A stretch of 64,000 bases of DNA from Bdellovibrionales bacterium (GCA_965243065.1 CBDETO010000005.1:987520-1051519), one strand, 5' to 3'. Numbered from the stretch's first letter, positions 9,410 through 20,056 are shown. Notes: generated by a model from the letters alone, not told the origin. A program made the numbers and translations.

Positions 9410-12010
9410 TTATAATGCTTCTTTTAAAAAGGGAGCGGTGACACTCTTATTAGATCGAGCCATTTTTTCCGGTGTTCCTTCGGCCACGACTTTACCTCCG
9501 TGCCTTCCTCCGCCAGGACCTAAGTCAATAACATAATCACAGGATTTAATCACATCCATTTGATGTTCTATAACAATCACAGTGCTGCCTTTTTCAGTTA
9601 ATTTTTTTAACACAAAAACCAGTTGTTCAATATCCTTAAAATGTAAGCCCGTGGTGGGTTCATCTAAAATGTAAAGCGTCCGGCCTGTGTTCTTTTTAGC
9701 TAGCTCACGGGTCAGCTTGATCCTTTGTGCTTCTCCTCCAGAAAGAGTCATAGAGTTTTGACCTAAAGTCAGATATCCCAGTCCCACCTGCTCTAAAAGC
9801 TGTAATTGTTGCTGAATCAGAAAATGATGAGCAAAAAACAACTTAGCACCAATAATATCCATACTTAAAATATCGTGTATATTCTTGTTCTTATACAAAA
9901 TACTTAATATTTCATTTGAATAACGCTGTCCCTGACAAATATCACAAGTTAAAATGGCAGAAGGTAAAAAAAGCATTTCTTGCTTAATCTGCCCTGTCCC
10001 GGAACATTTTTCACAACGTCCCCCTTTAATATTAAAACTGAAATCACCAGGAGTATAACCCCGAACACGGGCTGCAGGAACTTGAGACATTAAAGCCCGA
10101 ATAGGAGACATAATACCCACATAAGTGGCCGGAACGGAACGAGGTGTCCTTCCTATAGGTTTTTGATTTATGGCTATGGCTTTGTTTAAAAACTCCAAAC
10201 CTTTTATCTCACTATAGGGGTGGGGTTTAGCAAAAGACACCTGGTTTAAATGTTGCAAAATAGCTTTATAAAGAGTGTCTATAACTAAAGTGCTTTTTCC
10301 GCTACCTGAAACTCCGGTAACACCCACTAAACAGGATAAAGGTATTTTCACATTTATATTTTTTAAGTTATTTCCCCTGGCTCCTTTTATTTCTAGTGTG
10401 TTTCCTTTATGAGGGTTTCTTTTCGTTGGCAGGAATATCTTTTTTTTACCAGATAAGTAATGTCCTGTAATAGATTGAGGTGATTTTATAATATCTTGCA
10501 GAGAACCTTCTGCTATAATATGCCCTCCCTTTTTTCCCGCTACAGGCCCCAGGTCAATAAGATGCTCAGCGGAGCGAATGGTTTTTTCATCATGCTCCAC
10601 CATAAGCACTGTGTTCCCTCTATCTCTTATATGAAATAAGATTTTTAAAAGACGATCGTGATCTTGAGGGTGCAGGCCAATACTAGGTTCATCCAGCACA
10701 TACAATACACCTATTAAGGGAGAAGAGATTTGAGACATCAATCGAACTCTTTGTGCTTCTCCTCCAGAAAGGGTGCGAATAGGCCGATCCAAACTCAAGT
10801 ACCCCAAACCCATTTTTTTTAAAAAACTCAAATCCAACTTTATTTTCTCCAAAATTTTATCGGCTACAAGCTTATATTGAGATGGAAATTTTAGGCGAGA
10901 GCAAAATGGGATTAGTTTTTCTATGCTAAAAGAGGAGAGTTGAGCGATATTTTTATCTTGTATTCTTACATTTAAAGCAAAAGGTTTAAGTCGTGTGCCC
11001 TTACATAAGGGACATGTTTTGACAGCTATACCAGTCTGGTTTGTGTATTCATGGTTTTTTTTCTCAAAGTCGGAAAACACCAAATTTTCCTCATTAATAT
11101 CTTCTTCCATCCACTCGCTTTCTTCTCCCCATTCCTCTTCTTCCTGCAGGTATCCTAATCCATTACATTTTAAACAAGCTCCTTTTGGATTATTAAAGCT
11201 AAATAATTTTGGTTCTATTTCTGGAAAGCCAGCTAAACAGACCGGGCAGGTGGCATGAAGGGAGTAGTGTTTTGTACCCATTTGGCTGGAATCTAAGCAT
11301 TCAATTTTAATTCTCCCGTTTGTTAGGTCAGCAGCTTTTTGCAGGCTTTCCTTTAACCGAAGGTTCAGTCGTGGCTCCACATTCAACCGGTCCACCAGCA
11401 GATCAATAAAATGATCTTTTCTCTTGGAAAGTTTTTCAGCTTCAGCCAGTTCTAACCATTTTCCATCCACTTTTGCTCGAGTGTAACCTGAGGATAAAAA
11501 ACCTTGAAATTCTTTTATGAACTCCCCTTTTTTTCCTTCAGCTACAGGAGCCAGAACAAAAAAGCGGCTTTTTTTTGGCCATGTCATTATTTCTCTTGTA
11601 ATGTCGTCAATAGAGCTTTTTTTTAAAGCCTGCTGATGTTGTATGCAATAAGGTGTTCCCAACCTGGCAAACAACAATCGAAGATAGTCATAAATTTCTG
11701 TCACTGTTCCTACAGTAGAACGAGGGCTGGTGTTAATAGACTTTTGATCAATAGCCACGGCAGGAGATAAACCTGTAATGGCATCCAGATCCGGTTTTTT
11801 TATTTGAGATATAAAAAAGCGGGCATAAGAAGATAAACTTTCCACATACCGACGCTGTCCCTCTGCATAAACCGTATCAAATACAAGAGAGGACTTTCCA
11901 CTTCCACTGAGTCCCGTCACAATAGTTATTTTGTTACGAGGGATAAAAGTATTTATGGATTTAAGATTATGTTCCCTGGCTCCATAAATATAAATACCTT
12001 CTTGTTTCAA
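9410..12010 (-). CDS. uvrA: excinuclease ABC subunit A (short form, 866 aa)
   Basis: YGAREHNLKSI, two Walker A sites (GLSGSGKSS and GVSGSGKST), two LSGGEAQR signatures, and zinc-module cysteines. Confidence 0.9.
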   Translation of the reverse strand: MKQEGIYIYGAREHNLKSINTFIPRNKITIVTGLSGSGKSSLVFDTVYAEGQRRYVESLSSYARFFISQIKKPDLDAITGLSPAVAIDQKSINTSPRSTVGTVTEIYDYLRLLFARLGTPYCIQHQQALKKSSIDDITREIMTWPKKSRFFVLAPVAEGKKGEFIKEFQGFLSSGYTRAKVDGKWLELAEAEKLSKRKDHFIDLLVDRLNVEPRLNLRLKESLQKAADLTNGRIKIECLDSSQMGTKHYSLHATCPVCLAGFPEIEPKLFSFNNPKGACLKCNGLGYLQEEEEWGEESEWMEEDINEENLVFSDFEKKNHEYTNQTGIAVKTCPLCKGTRLKPFALNVRIQDKNIAQLSSFSIEKLIPFCSRLKFPSQYKLVADKILEKIKLDLSFLKKMGLGYLSLDRPIRTLSGGEAQRVRLMSQISSPLIGVLYVLDEPSIGLHPQDHDRLLKILFHIRDRGNTVLMVEHDEKTIRSAEHLIDLGPVAGKKGGHIIAEGSLQDIIKSPQSITGHYLSGKKKIFLPTKRNPHKGNTLEIKGARGNNLKNINVKIPLSCLVGVTGVSGSGKSTLVIDTLYKAILQHLNQVSFAKPHPYSEIKGLEFLNKAIAINQKPIGRTPRSVPATYVGIMSPIRALMSQVPAARVRGYTPGDFSFNIKGGRCEKCSGTGQIKQEMLFLPSAILTCDICQGQRYSNEILSILYKNKNIHDILSMDIIGAKLFFAHHFLIQQQLQLLEQVGLGYLTLGQNSMTLSGGEAQRIKLTRELAKKNTGRTLYILDEPTTGLHFKDIEQLVFVLKKLTEKGSTVIVIEHQMDVIKSCDYVIDLGPGGGRHGGKVVAEGTPEKMARSNKSVTAPFLKEAL

Positions 12011-12036
12011 TTTTTATCTCCTAGAGGGTTGTATTT

Positions 12037-12084
12037 GATTCCCGCTTTCGCGGCACTGAGAACCACCAAAGTGGCTTTCCGTTT
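12037..12084. repeat. hairpin repeat, units A (truncated) and C
   Basis: GATTCCCGCTTTCGCGG...ACCACCAAAGTGGCTTTCCGTTT between uvrA and the PhoH2 gene. Confidence 0.8.
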
Positions 12085-12115
12085 AAGAAGTAGGCCATCC
12101 AAACTGCGGTAAAAT

Positions 12116-13435
12116 CTATAAAATATTGGCGGCTAATTCAGCCAGTTCTGATCTTTCCCCTTTGGTAAGAGTGACATGGGAGGAAAGTGCCGAGGTCTTA
12201 AACTTCTCCACCGAAAAAGTAAGTCCGTTATTAGATGAATCCACATAAGGATTATCAATTTGATAGCAATCCCCCGTTAAAATAACCTTTGTCCCCTGCC
12301 CTGCTCTTGTCAACACAGTTTTTATTTCATGAGGAGTTAGATTTTGAGCTTCATCCACAATAAGATATTGATGGGGAATACTTCTACCTCGCATATAAGC
12401 TAAAGGCTCTACATTTACTAAGCCCTGGTTCATTAAGTCTTGCGCCAAGTGTGATGCCTTTTTTCCCAATCCCATTAAAAACTCTATACTATCAAAAATG
12501 GGTTGCATCCAAGGGTTCAATTTCTGCTCAATATCTCCTGGTAAATAACCAATATCCCGCCCCAAGGGAAATACAGGCCGGGAAACCAATAATTTTTGAA
12601 AAGAATTTTCCTCTAATGTCTTATATAAACCAACGGCTAAAGCTAACAATGTTTTTCCTGTACCCGCTTTTCCTAAAAGAGAAACAAACATAAGATTGTC
12701 ATTCATTAAAGCATCTAAAGCAAAATGCTGCTCCCTGTTTCTAGGGTGCACACCCCAAACTGGTTCTGTAGGCTGATACACAGGCACAATTTGTTTTTTC
12801 TTATCGTCATAGCGGCCTAGGGTTTTTTCCGACTTATTTTCTAATATCACATATTGATTGGGATAACACTTACCATTTTCTACAGGTAAAAACTTCTTCT
12901 CTCTAAACTTCTGAACTTGACCTGAATCTACATTAAGACTACGCACACCTGTATAAAGATCTTCAAAATCAGGAGTCTGTCCAGGTTCATAATCTTTGGC
13001 CGGAATACCGAAAACATCCGCTTTAATTCTTAAATTAATATCCCGGGTGACTAACTCAACATGGTCTGAAGAATTTTGTTTCTTTAAGTACAAAGCCGTA
13101 GCTAAAATACGATGATCCACTTTAGATAAGTCCAACTCAGGAATAGGAGATGGTAGGTCCCTGCACACATATAAACAAGAACCGGAATCAAGTAATACTC
13201 CTTCTACTAAAGACCCTTTATTTCTTAAATTATCAATAAAACAATTAAATTGTCGGGCGTTTCTTCCTTTTTCCCCCATATCTCTTTTAAAAGTATCAAT
13301 CTCTTCTAAAACAGAAAAAGGAATATAAATATCAGATGAATCAAACACACTAAAGGCCAAAGCATCATAAATAAGCGTACTTGTATCTAAAATAATTTTT
13401 TTTGTGAATTTTCCGGTAAAAGATTTTTTTTCCAT
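12116..13435 (-). CDS. PhoH2-type protein (N-terminal PIN domain + PhoH ATPase)
   Basis: 439 aa. PIN-like ILDTSTLIYD...VLEEID, then Walker A GKAGTGKT and IVDEAQNLTPHE, typical of PhoH. Confidence 0.85.
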   Translation of the reverse strand: MEKKSFTGKFTKKIILDTSTLIYDALAFSVFDSSDIYIPFSVLEEIDTFKRDMGEKGRNARQFNCFIDNLRNKGSLVEGVLLDSGSCLYVCRDLPSPIPELDLSKVDHRILATALYLKKQNSSDHVELVTRDINLRIKADVFGIPAKDYEPGQTPDFEDLYTGVRSLNVDSGQVQKFREKKFLPVENGKCYPNQYVILENKSEKTLGRYDDKKKQIVPVYQPTEPVWGVHPRNREQHFALDALMNDNLMFVSLLGKAGTGKTLLALAVGLYKTLEENSFQKLLVSRPVFPLGRDIGYLPGDIEQKLNPWMQPIFDSIEFLMGLGKKASHLAQDLMNQGLVNVEPLAYMRGRSIPHQYLIVDEAQNLTPHEIKTVLTRAGQGTKVILTGDCYQIDNPYVDSSNNGLTFSVEKFKTSALSSHVTLTKGERSELAELAANIL

Positions 13436-13459
13436 TATGAATGAGATAATATAAAAAAA

Positions 13460-14485
13460 TTATTCAGAAGAAAACACTTTATTTCGCCCTGTGGTTTTAG
13501 CCTTATATAGTAGTTGGTCCGCTCTTTCATAAATAGCCTTATACCCTTTATCTGTTTCCTGCCGGTGCGCCACTCCCGCTGAAATAGTCACTTTAATTTT
13601 CTCACCTTTATAATTAAAAACAAAGTTTTCTATCTTTTTACGGATGATTTCTATAGCTTCTTTAGCCCTATTCACCTCTACTTGCATAATAACACAAAAT
13701 TCTTCCCCTCCACAACGAGTAACAATGTCATTAGATCTAAAGCAAGACTTACTCACCTTAACCACCTCTTTTAAGATAAAATCACCGGCTAAATGTCCAT
13801 AAGTATCATTGACCTTCTTAAAATGATCTATATCAAAAATAATGAAGGAAATAGGAGTTTGATATGATTTAGATTGAGCAAAAAGCTCTTTCGCTCTTCT
13901 TTCAAAAAGAAGCTTATTTCCAGCCCCTGTTAAAGAGTCATAAAAAGCTTTTTCGAAGCTTTCCATTACGGAAACAATTTCAGGGTTCCCTTTATTCAAA
14001 AACTTAAAGACAATATTACCCAATTTCAACTTACTATTATCTTTCAGTTCCACTTCTATATCAGCCTCTACACGCTTATCATCAATAAATGTGCCATTTG
14101 TAGATTTTTTATCTTTAACAAAGATTTTATCTGTTTCATCAACACGAATGATAATATGTTTTTTACTAATAGATAATTCTTGTATAGGAATATCACATGT
14201 TCTACTTCGCCCCACAATCACCATTTCCTTTGTATTACCAATAGTCCAATATCTTCCTATTAACTCTTCAGGACCTAATAAACACACAAGACAAGCCGGA
14301 GATGTATGATGGTCTTTTGCGTATAGAGGGCTGGTATTCATCACCATTGTTTCAAATCGCTCTATAGATCCATGAACACCACTGGTACTTGTACCGGTAT
14401 GGGGGAATAGCCGTTTTTTTTCACCCGTGTTAGATTCTTCACTATTTTCTATTTTTTTATTTATTTTTAATGACATAATATACAC
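13460..14485 (-). CDS. FHA-domain diguanylate cyclase (FHA + GGDEF)
   Basis: FHA signature (VGRSRTCDIPI..SISKKH...STNGTFI), then DIDHFKKVNDTYGH and the active-site variant GGEEF. Confidence 0.85.
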   Translation of the reverse strand: MYIMSLKINKKIENSEESNTGEKKRLFPHTGTSTSGVHGSIERFETMVMNTSPLYAKDHHTSPACLVCLLGPEELIGRYWTIGNTKEMVIVGRSRTCDIPIQELSISKKHIIIRVDETDKIFVKDKKSTNGTFIDDKRVEADIEVELKDNSKLKLGNIVFKFLNKGNPEIVSVMESFEKAFYDSLTGAGNKLLFERRAKELFAQSKSYQTPISFIIFDIDHFKKVNDTYGHLAGDFILKEVVKVSKSCFRSNDIVTRCGGEEFCVIMQVEVNRAKEAIEIIRKKIENFVFNYKGEKIKVTISAGVAHRQETDKGYKAIYERADQLLYKAKTTGRNKVFSSE

Positions 14486-14490
14486 CTATT

Positions 14491-15612
14491 TTAATGGTCT
14501 TCCCCTTCTTCTTCCATCTTCTGTTCCGGAGAAAAATTACTTCCTCTTGCAATGTGTAGAATCATCTGTAAACCCCGAGTGACACGTCGATTTTGATTTC
14601 TATATCCTTCCAATTTTTGTGACACTTCATTATACTTATTTTTTTGGCTGTCTAAATCCATCTTCATCTTATCAATGTTGCGCTTCAAGTCTAAAATATA
14701 CCGATCTTTTTCTCTAGCTAAAGTCTGATTATCCAATTTCATCAACTCCAACCGATTTTCTAACTCCCTTTCTCTAACTCTAATTTGTTGAATATTGCTG
14801 GAGAGTCTTTTTTCAAGCTCCTTGTTTTTAATAATCATTTTCTCAATTTCCCGACCTTGGTCGCTAAGTGTATCCGTTAAAGTGCGCTTTTCATTTTGAA
14901 ATTCCTCCCTATTCTCTTCATACACTTTCTTCAAATTATCATTCTGAGCTATCACCTTATCTAAACGTTCTCTAAAAATATCTCCTGTTGCTATAAGCTC
15001 TTCATTCTCCGTACGCAACCTTTCAATTTCTGCCTCTAATTCAATAATACGATCTTGAGCCACTCTTAAATTTTCTGATTGCTGCAAAGTGATCCTCATA
15101 GGAAGATTTTGATCATTTTTCTCCATTTCGTAAGCCAGATTAGAGGGCGAAGTTTTATGGACTGCTGGTGATTTTAAGGGGAAATTAATTTTAAATTTAT
15201 TTGCCTCTTTAGCTGATTTTTTACCTTTTTTCGCAGATATACCCTTCTTCTTAAACAAAGCCTTATCTGGCGTAGATACTACCCCCTGAGCCTCCTCTTT
15301 TTTCTTGGAGGAGCTATTATTTGAAAACTGCTTAAGTGCTTTTTTAGATGACTTTACCTGATTATCAGGGGCTAATTCATGATCCTCTTGCTTTTCCTTC
15401 CTATCCATTTTACGAGGTGTAAAATGAATAAGACTAGCCAAATCCGTATTTTTTTGATCTTTTTCTTCTAAATTATCGTCAGATTCATTGACAGAATGGA
15501 AAGTAAAAAGGTCAGGTGAAGGCTGTAAAGAAGATTGCACCTCTTCATTTAATTCATCCATTACTTGGTCAATAGCTGAGTTTTTCTTTACTTTTCCCAT
15601 AAAACTTCCCAC
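14491..15612 (-). CDS. coiled-coil protein, unknown function
   Basis: 373 aa. Charged low-complexity N-terminal half and a heptad-rich C-terminal half. Separated by 5 nt from the FHA-GGDEF gene, so probably co-transcribed. Confidence 0.5.
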   Translation of the reverse strand: MGSFMGKVKKNSAIDQVMDELNEEVQSSLQPSPDLFTFHSVNESDDNLEEKDQKNTDLASLIHFTPRKMDRKEKQEDHELAPDNQVKSSKKALKQFSNNSSSKKKEEAQGVVSTPDKALFKKKGISAKKGKKSAKEANKFKINFPLKSPAVHKTSPSNLAYEMEKNDQNLPMRITLQQSENLRVAQDRIIELEAEIERLRTENEELIATGDIFRERLDKVIAQNDNLKKVYEENREEFQNEKRTLTDTLSDQGREIEKMIIKNKELEKRLSSNIQQIRVRERELENRLELMKLDNQTLAREKDRYILDLKRNIDKMKMDLDSQKNKYNEVSQKLEGYRNQNRRVTRGLQMILHIARGSNFSPEQKMEEEGEDH

Positions 15613-15919
15613 TTTTCCTACTAAAGCCTTTATTTACACCAATCTGGTATTACCTGTATCTTATCGGAAATACACTGAAGTTCTTAAGAGCTGAACTAAA
15701 GCAATGGTCAAAAGAATGAAAAAAGCCACATTTTTATAAGAATAAACCTTTAGTCTAAAATATTACAGAAAAAGCATATATACTCTAAATGAGGAGATAA
15801 ATAATTCTTACATTTATAAATGATATTATGTTTTTGCTATTTGCTTTTTTTGATTATTCAAGATAAATTTTTCTATATTAGTAACCATTGAAGACCGGCA
15901 ATATATACTGATCTTGTTT

Positions 15920-15946
15920 GATCCCCGCTTTCGCGAGGACATTTTT
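15920..15946. repeat. hairpin repeat family member (GATCCCCGCTTTCGCGAGGACATTTTT)
   Basis: Matches the dispersed core seen at 12037, 51189, 53199 and 63548. Confidence 0.7.
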
Positions 15947-16009
15947 TGTGATTTTTGTAAGCTTCTTCCCAAGGAAAGCTTCTTCACAAAGTTAAACGGA
16001 GTTCGGAAT

Positions 16010-17365
16010 TTGCAAATTCCTAACCTGTTCGGTATAACACCGGAGTACTTTAAAAAAACTTTCAAAGGCAGTTCTGTGACCTATGGTGAAGATGAAATTT
16101 TAAAACACCCCTTATATAAAAATGTGCTTTATGAACTAGAAAAAGCCGGAAAACATATTGGCATCAATAGAAATGTCATGGAAAGGTTACGGCTTCCCCG
16201 CCGCTCTATTCGTGTTTCTATACCTGTCCGTATGGATAATGATAGTGTACAGGTCTTTAACGGCTACAGAGTTCAGCATAATCACACTTTAGGCCCTTTT
16301 AAAGGAGGTATTCGGTATCACCCTGGGGTGAATATTGGAGAAATAGCTGCCTTAGCCTCTCTGATGACCTATAAAAACTCTCTTTTAAACCTCCCTCTAG
16401 GGGGAGCCAAAGGGGGAGTGCAGCTAGACCCTTCCGCCCTATCAAAAGCGGAATTAGAATCTTTAACCCGCCGCTTTACATCTGAACTCAGCCCTTTTAT
16501 AGGGCCAGATAAGGATATTCCTGCCCCTGATGTAGGCACCAATTCAGAGACTATGGCCTGGATGTTAGACACTTATTCACTGGAATCTGGTTTTTCACAA
16601 ACCGGTGTCGTAACAGGAAAACCTATTGAAATAGGAGGCTCTAAAGGAAGAAGCTCTGCCACAGGCTTAGGAGTGGTCTATGCCTTGGAAAAAGCCTTAG
16701 AGGCACAAAACAAAGATATTAGTGAAGTTACCGTAGCTGTACAGGGATTTGGAAAAGTGGGGCTGCATGCTTGTGTGGAAGCACATGCCCTGGGAGCACG
16801 TATTGTAGCTGTCAGCGATCGTTCAGGGGGCTGTTTTAATCCAAAGGGTTTAAATATAACTGAACTAATACATTATGTAGAAGAACACCGTTTCATTAAG
16901 GGATACCCAAAAGGAGAAAATATCACAAATGAAGAGCTTCTGACTATGGATGTGGATGCAGTTATTCCCTGCGCTTTAGATGGAGTTATCAATAAAGATA
17001 ATATGAAAAATATAAAAACCTCCTTAATTGTAGAAGGGGCAAATGGTCCCACTACTCCAGAGGTAGGAGAGTATCTCAGTAATAATGGTGTCTTAATAGT
17101 TCCTGACATCTTGGCCAATGGCGGGGGAGTTATTGTTAGTTATTTTGAATGGGTTCAGGACATTGGTTGGCTGTTTTGGACAGAAAAAGAGGTACGAAAT
17201 AAATTAAGGGATATTATGTATATGTCCTTTGACAAAGTCTGGAAATTCGCGGAAGATCACCCTGATAAAAGTAATGGGAAATGCAAGGATCTACGCTTAG
17301 CCGCTATGGGAGTCTCTCTTATGCGCCTGGAAAAAGCTATGAAGCTCAGAGGACAAGCTTGGTAA
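16010..17365 (+). CDS. gdh: NAD(P)-dependent glutamate dehydrogenase (Glu/Leu/Phe/Val DH family)
   Basis: PVRMDNDSVQVFNGYRVQHN, GPFKGGIRYHP, LPLGGAKGG (catalytic Lys), GFGKVG. Start uncertain. The track ORF begins at TTG 15914 but runs through a hairpin repeat. TTG 16010 has GGAG 8 nt upstream. GTG 16076 is another candidate. Confidence 0.85.
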   Translation: MQIPNLFGITPEYFKKTFKGSSVTYGEDEILKHPLYKNVLYELEKAGKHIGINRNVMERLRLPRRSIRVSIPVRMDNDSVQVFNGYRVQHNHTLGPFKGGIRYHPGVNIGEIAALASLMTYKNSLLNLPLGGAKGGVQLDPSALSKAELESLTRRFTSELSPFIGPDKDIPAPDVGTNSETMAWMLDTYSLESGFSQTGVVTGKPIEIGGSKGRSSATGLGVVYALEKALEAQNKDISEVTVAVQGFGKVGLHACVEAHALGARIVAVSDRSGGCFNPKGLNITELIHYVEEHRFIKGYPKGENITNEELLTMDVDAVIPCALDGVINKDNMKNIKTSLIVEGANGPTTPEVGEYLSNNGVLIVPDILANGGGVIVSYFEWVQDIGWLFWTEKEVRNKLRDIMYMSFDKVWKFAEDHPDKSNGKCKDLRLAAMGVSLMRLEKAMKLRGQAW

Positions 17366-17397
17366 CACAATTTCTACCGCCCGGTCTATCCCATAAA

Positions 17398-18345
17398 ATG
17401 GCTGATTTTTTACTTTCTCTTTACTCTACAGTGGCTGGAAATATCCCCCCACCTGAATGGCACTCTGTTCATTGGAAAGACCTTTACTTTCCCAATCCAC
17501 TAGCCCCGGCGGGAGGACTGGATAAATCGGCAAAACATATAAAAGCCTGGTGGGCTTTAGGAGCTGGTTTCATTGAGATAGGCACAATCACCCCACAAGC
17601 TCAAAAGAAAAATCCTGGAACTACACTTAAAAGAGATGAGAAAACACAAGCTCTATGGAACCACTTAGGTTTTCCGGGAGATGGGGTGGAAATTGTACAA
17701 AAGAGACTTAAAAAATGGCAGCATTTTCGCTCTACACCTATTTTTGCCAATATTGGAAAAAACAGAGATACAAAAAACGAAGAAGCCGGGCAGGATTACC
17801 TTCATTGTATTTCTGTCCTTTATCCTTATGTAGATGGTTTCGTCATCAACATCAGCAGTCCGAATACAAAAGATTTAATAGAACTGTCCCGTCCACAAAA
17901 GCTAAAAGCATTCTTACAACCTATTCAAAAAAAACTGTCTTCTTTTAAAAACAGAAAGCCTTTTTTCATTAAATGGAGTCCTGACATGGACGAAAATGAG
18001 TTTTTACGATCCCTGGATGTCACTTTGGAATGCGGAGTAGAAGGTCATATCATTTGTAATACCAGTACATACAGAGAATCTGGTAGCCTTTTCCCGCATT
18101 ATGGAGGAGTATCCGGTGCCCCTTTAGCTAAAATTTCAAAAAAAAGGCTCTCTCTAACACAAAAACATTTAGGAACAGAAAGGAAAAATCAACTTATTAT
18201 CTCCGTGGGAGGAGTTCTCAAACCGGAAGATGTTATGGAAAGGCTGGCTCTTGGTGCCAACTTAGTACAGGCTTACTCTGCTCTAGTTTTCCACGGCCCT
18301 TTTTTCTTCAAAAAAGTCTATTCATTTAAAACACATTATGGTTAA
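17398..18345 (+). CDS. pyrD: dihydroorotate dehydrogenase (quinone), class 2
   Basis: GAGFIEIGTITP, NISSPNT, GGVSG motifs. The first ATG after the gdh stop (17398) was chosen; the track ORF start at 17281 overlaps gdh. Confidence 0.85.
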   Translation: MADFLLSLYSTVAGNIPPPEWHSVHWKDLYFPNPLAPAGGLDKSAKHIKAWWALGAGFIEIGTITPQAQKKNPGTTLKRDEKTQALWNHLGFPGDGVEIVQKRLKKWQHFRSTPIFANIGKNRDTKNEEAGQDYLHCISVLYPYVDGFVINISSPNTKDLIELSRPQKLKAFLQPIQKKLSSFKNRKPFFIKWSPDMDENEFLRSLDVTLECGVEGHIICNTSTYRESGSLFPHYGGVSGAPLAKISKKRLSLTQKHLGTERKNQLIISVGGVLKPEDVMERLALGANLVQAYSALVFHGPFFFKKVYSFKTHYG

Positions 18346-18700
18346 AAAAATAATTGCAAAAACAGAAAAATTCATTAATAATAACAACTCAATGGCAAAA
18401 AAAAACCAACAAGCTAGTTTTATAAAATCTGACTTAATTCAGGAGTTGTCACAAAAGCACAACACCACTAAGTCTATGGCCACCTTAATTGTGGATAGTA
18501 TCCTGGATTCTATTACAAATACCCTTAAAAAAGGAAACAGAGTGGAAATACGAGGTTTAGGCACTTTTGAATTAAGGGAGTATGAAGCTTATGAAGGCCG
18601 CAATCCTCAAACAGGAGAAAAAATTCAAGTAAAGGCTAAAAAACTGCCTTTTTTCAAACCCGGAAAATTTAAAGACCAAATTAACAAAAGCCGATCGTAA
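18338..18700 (+). CDS. HU/IHF-family DNA-binding protein
   Basis: VEIRGLGTFELREYEAYEGRNPQTGEKIQVKAKKLPFFKPGK is the HU/IHF beta-arm. ATG 18338 overlaps the pyrD stop (ATGGTTAA). ATG 18392 is an alternative start. Confidence 0.85.
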   Translation: MVKKIIAKTEKFINNNNSMAKKNQQASFIKSDLIQELSQKHNTTKSMATLIVDSILDSITNTLKKGNRVEIRGLGTFELREYEAYEGRNPQTGEKIQVKAKKLPFFKPGKFKDQINKSRS

Positions 18701-18732
18701 CTCGTAGCCTCTTTTTAAAGAAACTATTAAAT

Positions 18733-20028
18733 CTAACGAGGGAGTACAGAAATACGGATAGGAATACCCTTTAAGTTCCATTTGTTTTGAATTTGACGAA
18801 CTAAAAAACGACGATAGGAATCCCGAACTCCTTTTGGATAATTAGCAAAAGCAATAAAAGAAGGAGGAGTATGATGAGTTTGTGTTAAGTAATAAAACTT
18901 AACATCCTGAGTGCCATAAACTGGAGCAGGAGCTTTACGAATCACCTGCATAAAAAAGCGATTTAATTCCGATGTAGAGACGCGAAAATGCAACTTCCCA
19001 TAAACTTCATTCACTTTTTTCATTAAACCACCTAAACCATCAGAATTTAAAGCACTAATAAATACAATAGGTAAATCAGGGTAAAAACGAAACTTTTTTT
19101 GAATATTATTTCTATATTCCTCTTTTGTAGTATTTGCAGCCTTACCATTTAGATCCCATTTATTAACAACCACGATAATAGCTTTATGTTTTTCTACACA
19201 TAAATCAAACAAACGGGCTTCCTGACGGCCAGGGCCAGTAGAGTAATCTATCAATAACAAAATGATGTCCGCTTCCGTAAAACCTTGATCGGATTTTAAT
19301 TCCGCAAGAGACTGCGCCTTACTTTGAGCCTTTTTGGTTTTCCCGGCTGTATCCAACAAAGTATAACTGCGTCCGGCGTATTTAAAATGATTTGTGACGA
19401 CATCTACAGTAGTACCAGCAATAGAGGAAATAAGTACCCGATCCTCCTTAAGTAAAGCATTACATAAAGTGCTTTTACCCACATTTGTTTTTCCGGCTAA
19501 CAAGAGACAAACACCGGAATTTTCAAACACGCTCGTTATACTTTTACTATGAGCTAAAATCCACTCCACTATTTCCACTACACCTCGATCTTGTTCAAAA
19601 GCACAAGATAAAAGAGAAACACCCAAGCAGTAAAAATCACTCAATAATCCGTCTGCTCCCTCAATATCATCCACTTTATTAACAAGAGCTAGAAAAGGTT
19701 TTCCCGATTTCTTTACTAATTGAAAAGTTTTTTTATCCTCTGCCAAAAAACCGGATCGAGCATCCATAATAAATAAAATCAAATCAGACTGCTGAACAGC
19801 GTTTCGAACCTTCTTATCAATTAAATCACCCCACCGGTCATCCTCCGACCATAACCCGCCAGAATCCCATACCTCAAAATCCACCCCCCACCATGATGTC
19901 TTTTGTTTTAAAATATCTCTTGTCACTCCAGGTTGATTAATGACAAGAGCTTTTCTTCTCCGCACTAGCCGATTAAACAAAGAAGACTTACCCACATTAG
20001 GTCGCCCTATAATTAATACACGATTCAT
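18733..20028 (-). CDS. der: ribosome-associated GTPase Der (EngA)
   Basis: Two G domains (GRPNVGKSSLFN and GKTNVGKSTLCN) plus a KH-like C-terminus. Start set at MNRVLIIG (ATG 20028). The longer track ORF reads through a hairpin repeat. Confidence 0.9.
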   Translation of the reverse strand: MNRVLIIGRPNVGKSSLFNRLVRRRKALVINQPGVTRDILKQKTSWWGVDFEVWDSGGLWSEDDRWGDLIDKKVRNAVQQSDLILFIMDARSGFLAEDKKTFQLVKKSGKPFLALVNKVDDIEGADGLLSDFYCLGVSLLSCAFEQDRGVVEIVEWILAHSKSITSVFENSGVCLLLAGKTNVGKSTLCNALLKEDRVLISSIAGTTVDVVTNHFKYAGRSYTLLDTAGKTKKAQSKAQSLAELKSDQGFTEADIILLLIDYSTGPGRQEARLFDLCVEKHKAIIVVVNKWDLNGKAANTTKEEYRNNIQKKFRFYPDLPIVFISALNSDGLGGLMKKVNEVYGKLHFRVSTSELNRFFMQVIRKAPAPVYGTQDVKFYYLTQTHHTPPSFIAFANYPKGVRDSYRRFLVRQIQNKWNLKGIPIRISVLPR

Positions 20029-20056
20029 ATAGCCTACTCTTATACTTAAAAGGTCA

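Noticed and set aside
15914-16009. Using the longest-ORF starts for gdh (15914), der (20109), pyrD (17281) and secG (26321)
   Set aside because: The extensions read through hairpin repeats or overlap the upstream gene, and they add non-homologous residues. Internal starts give N-termini matching the conserved families.
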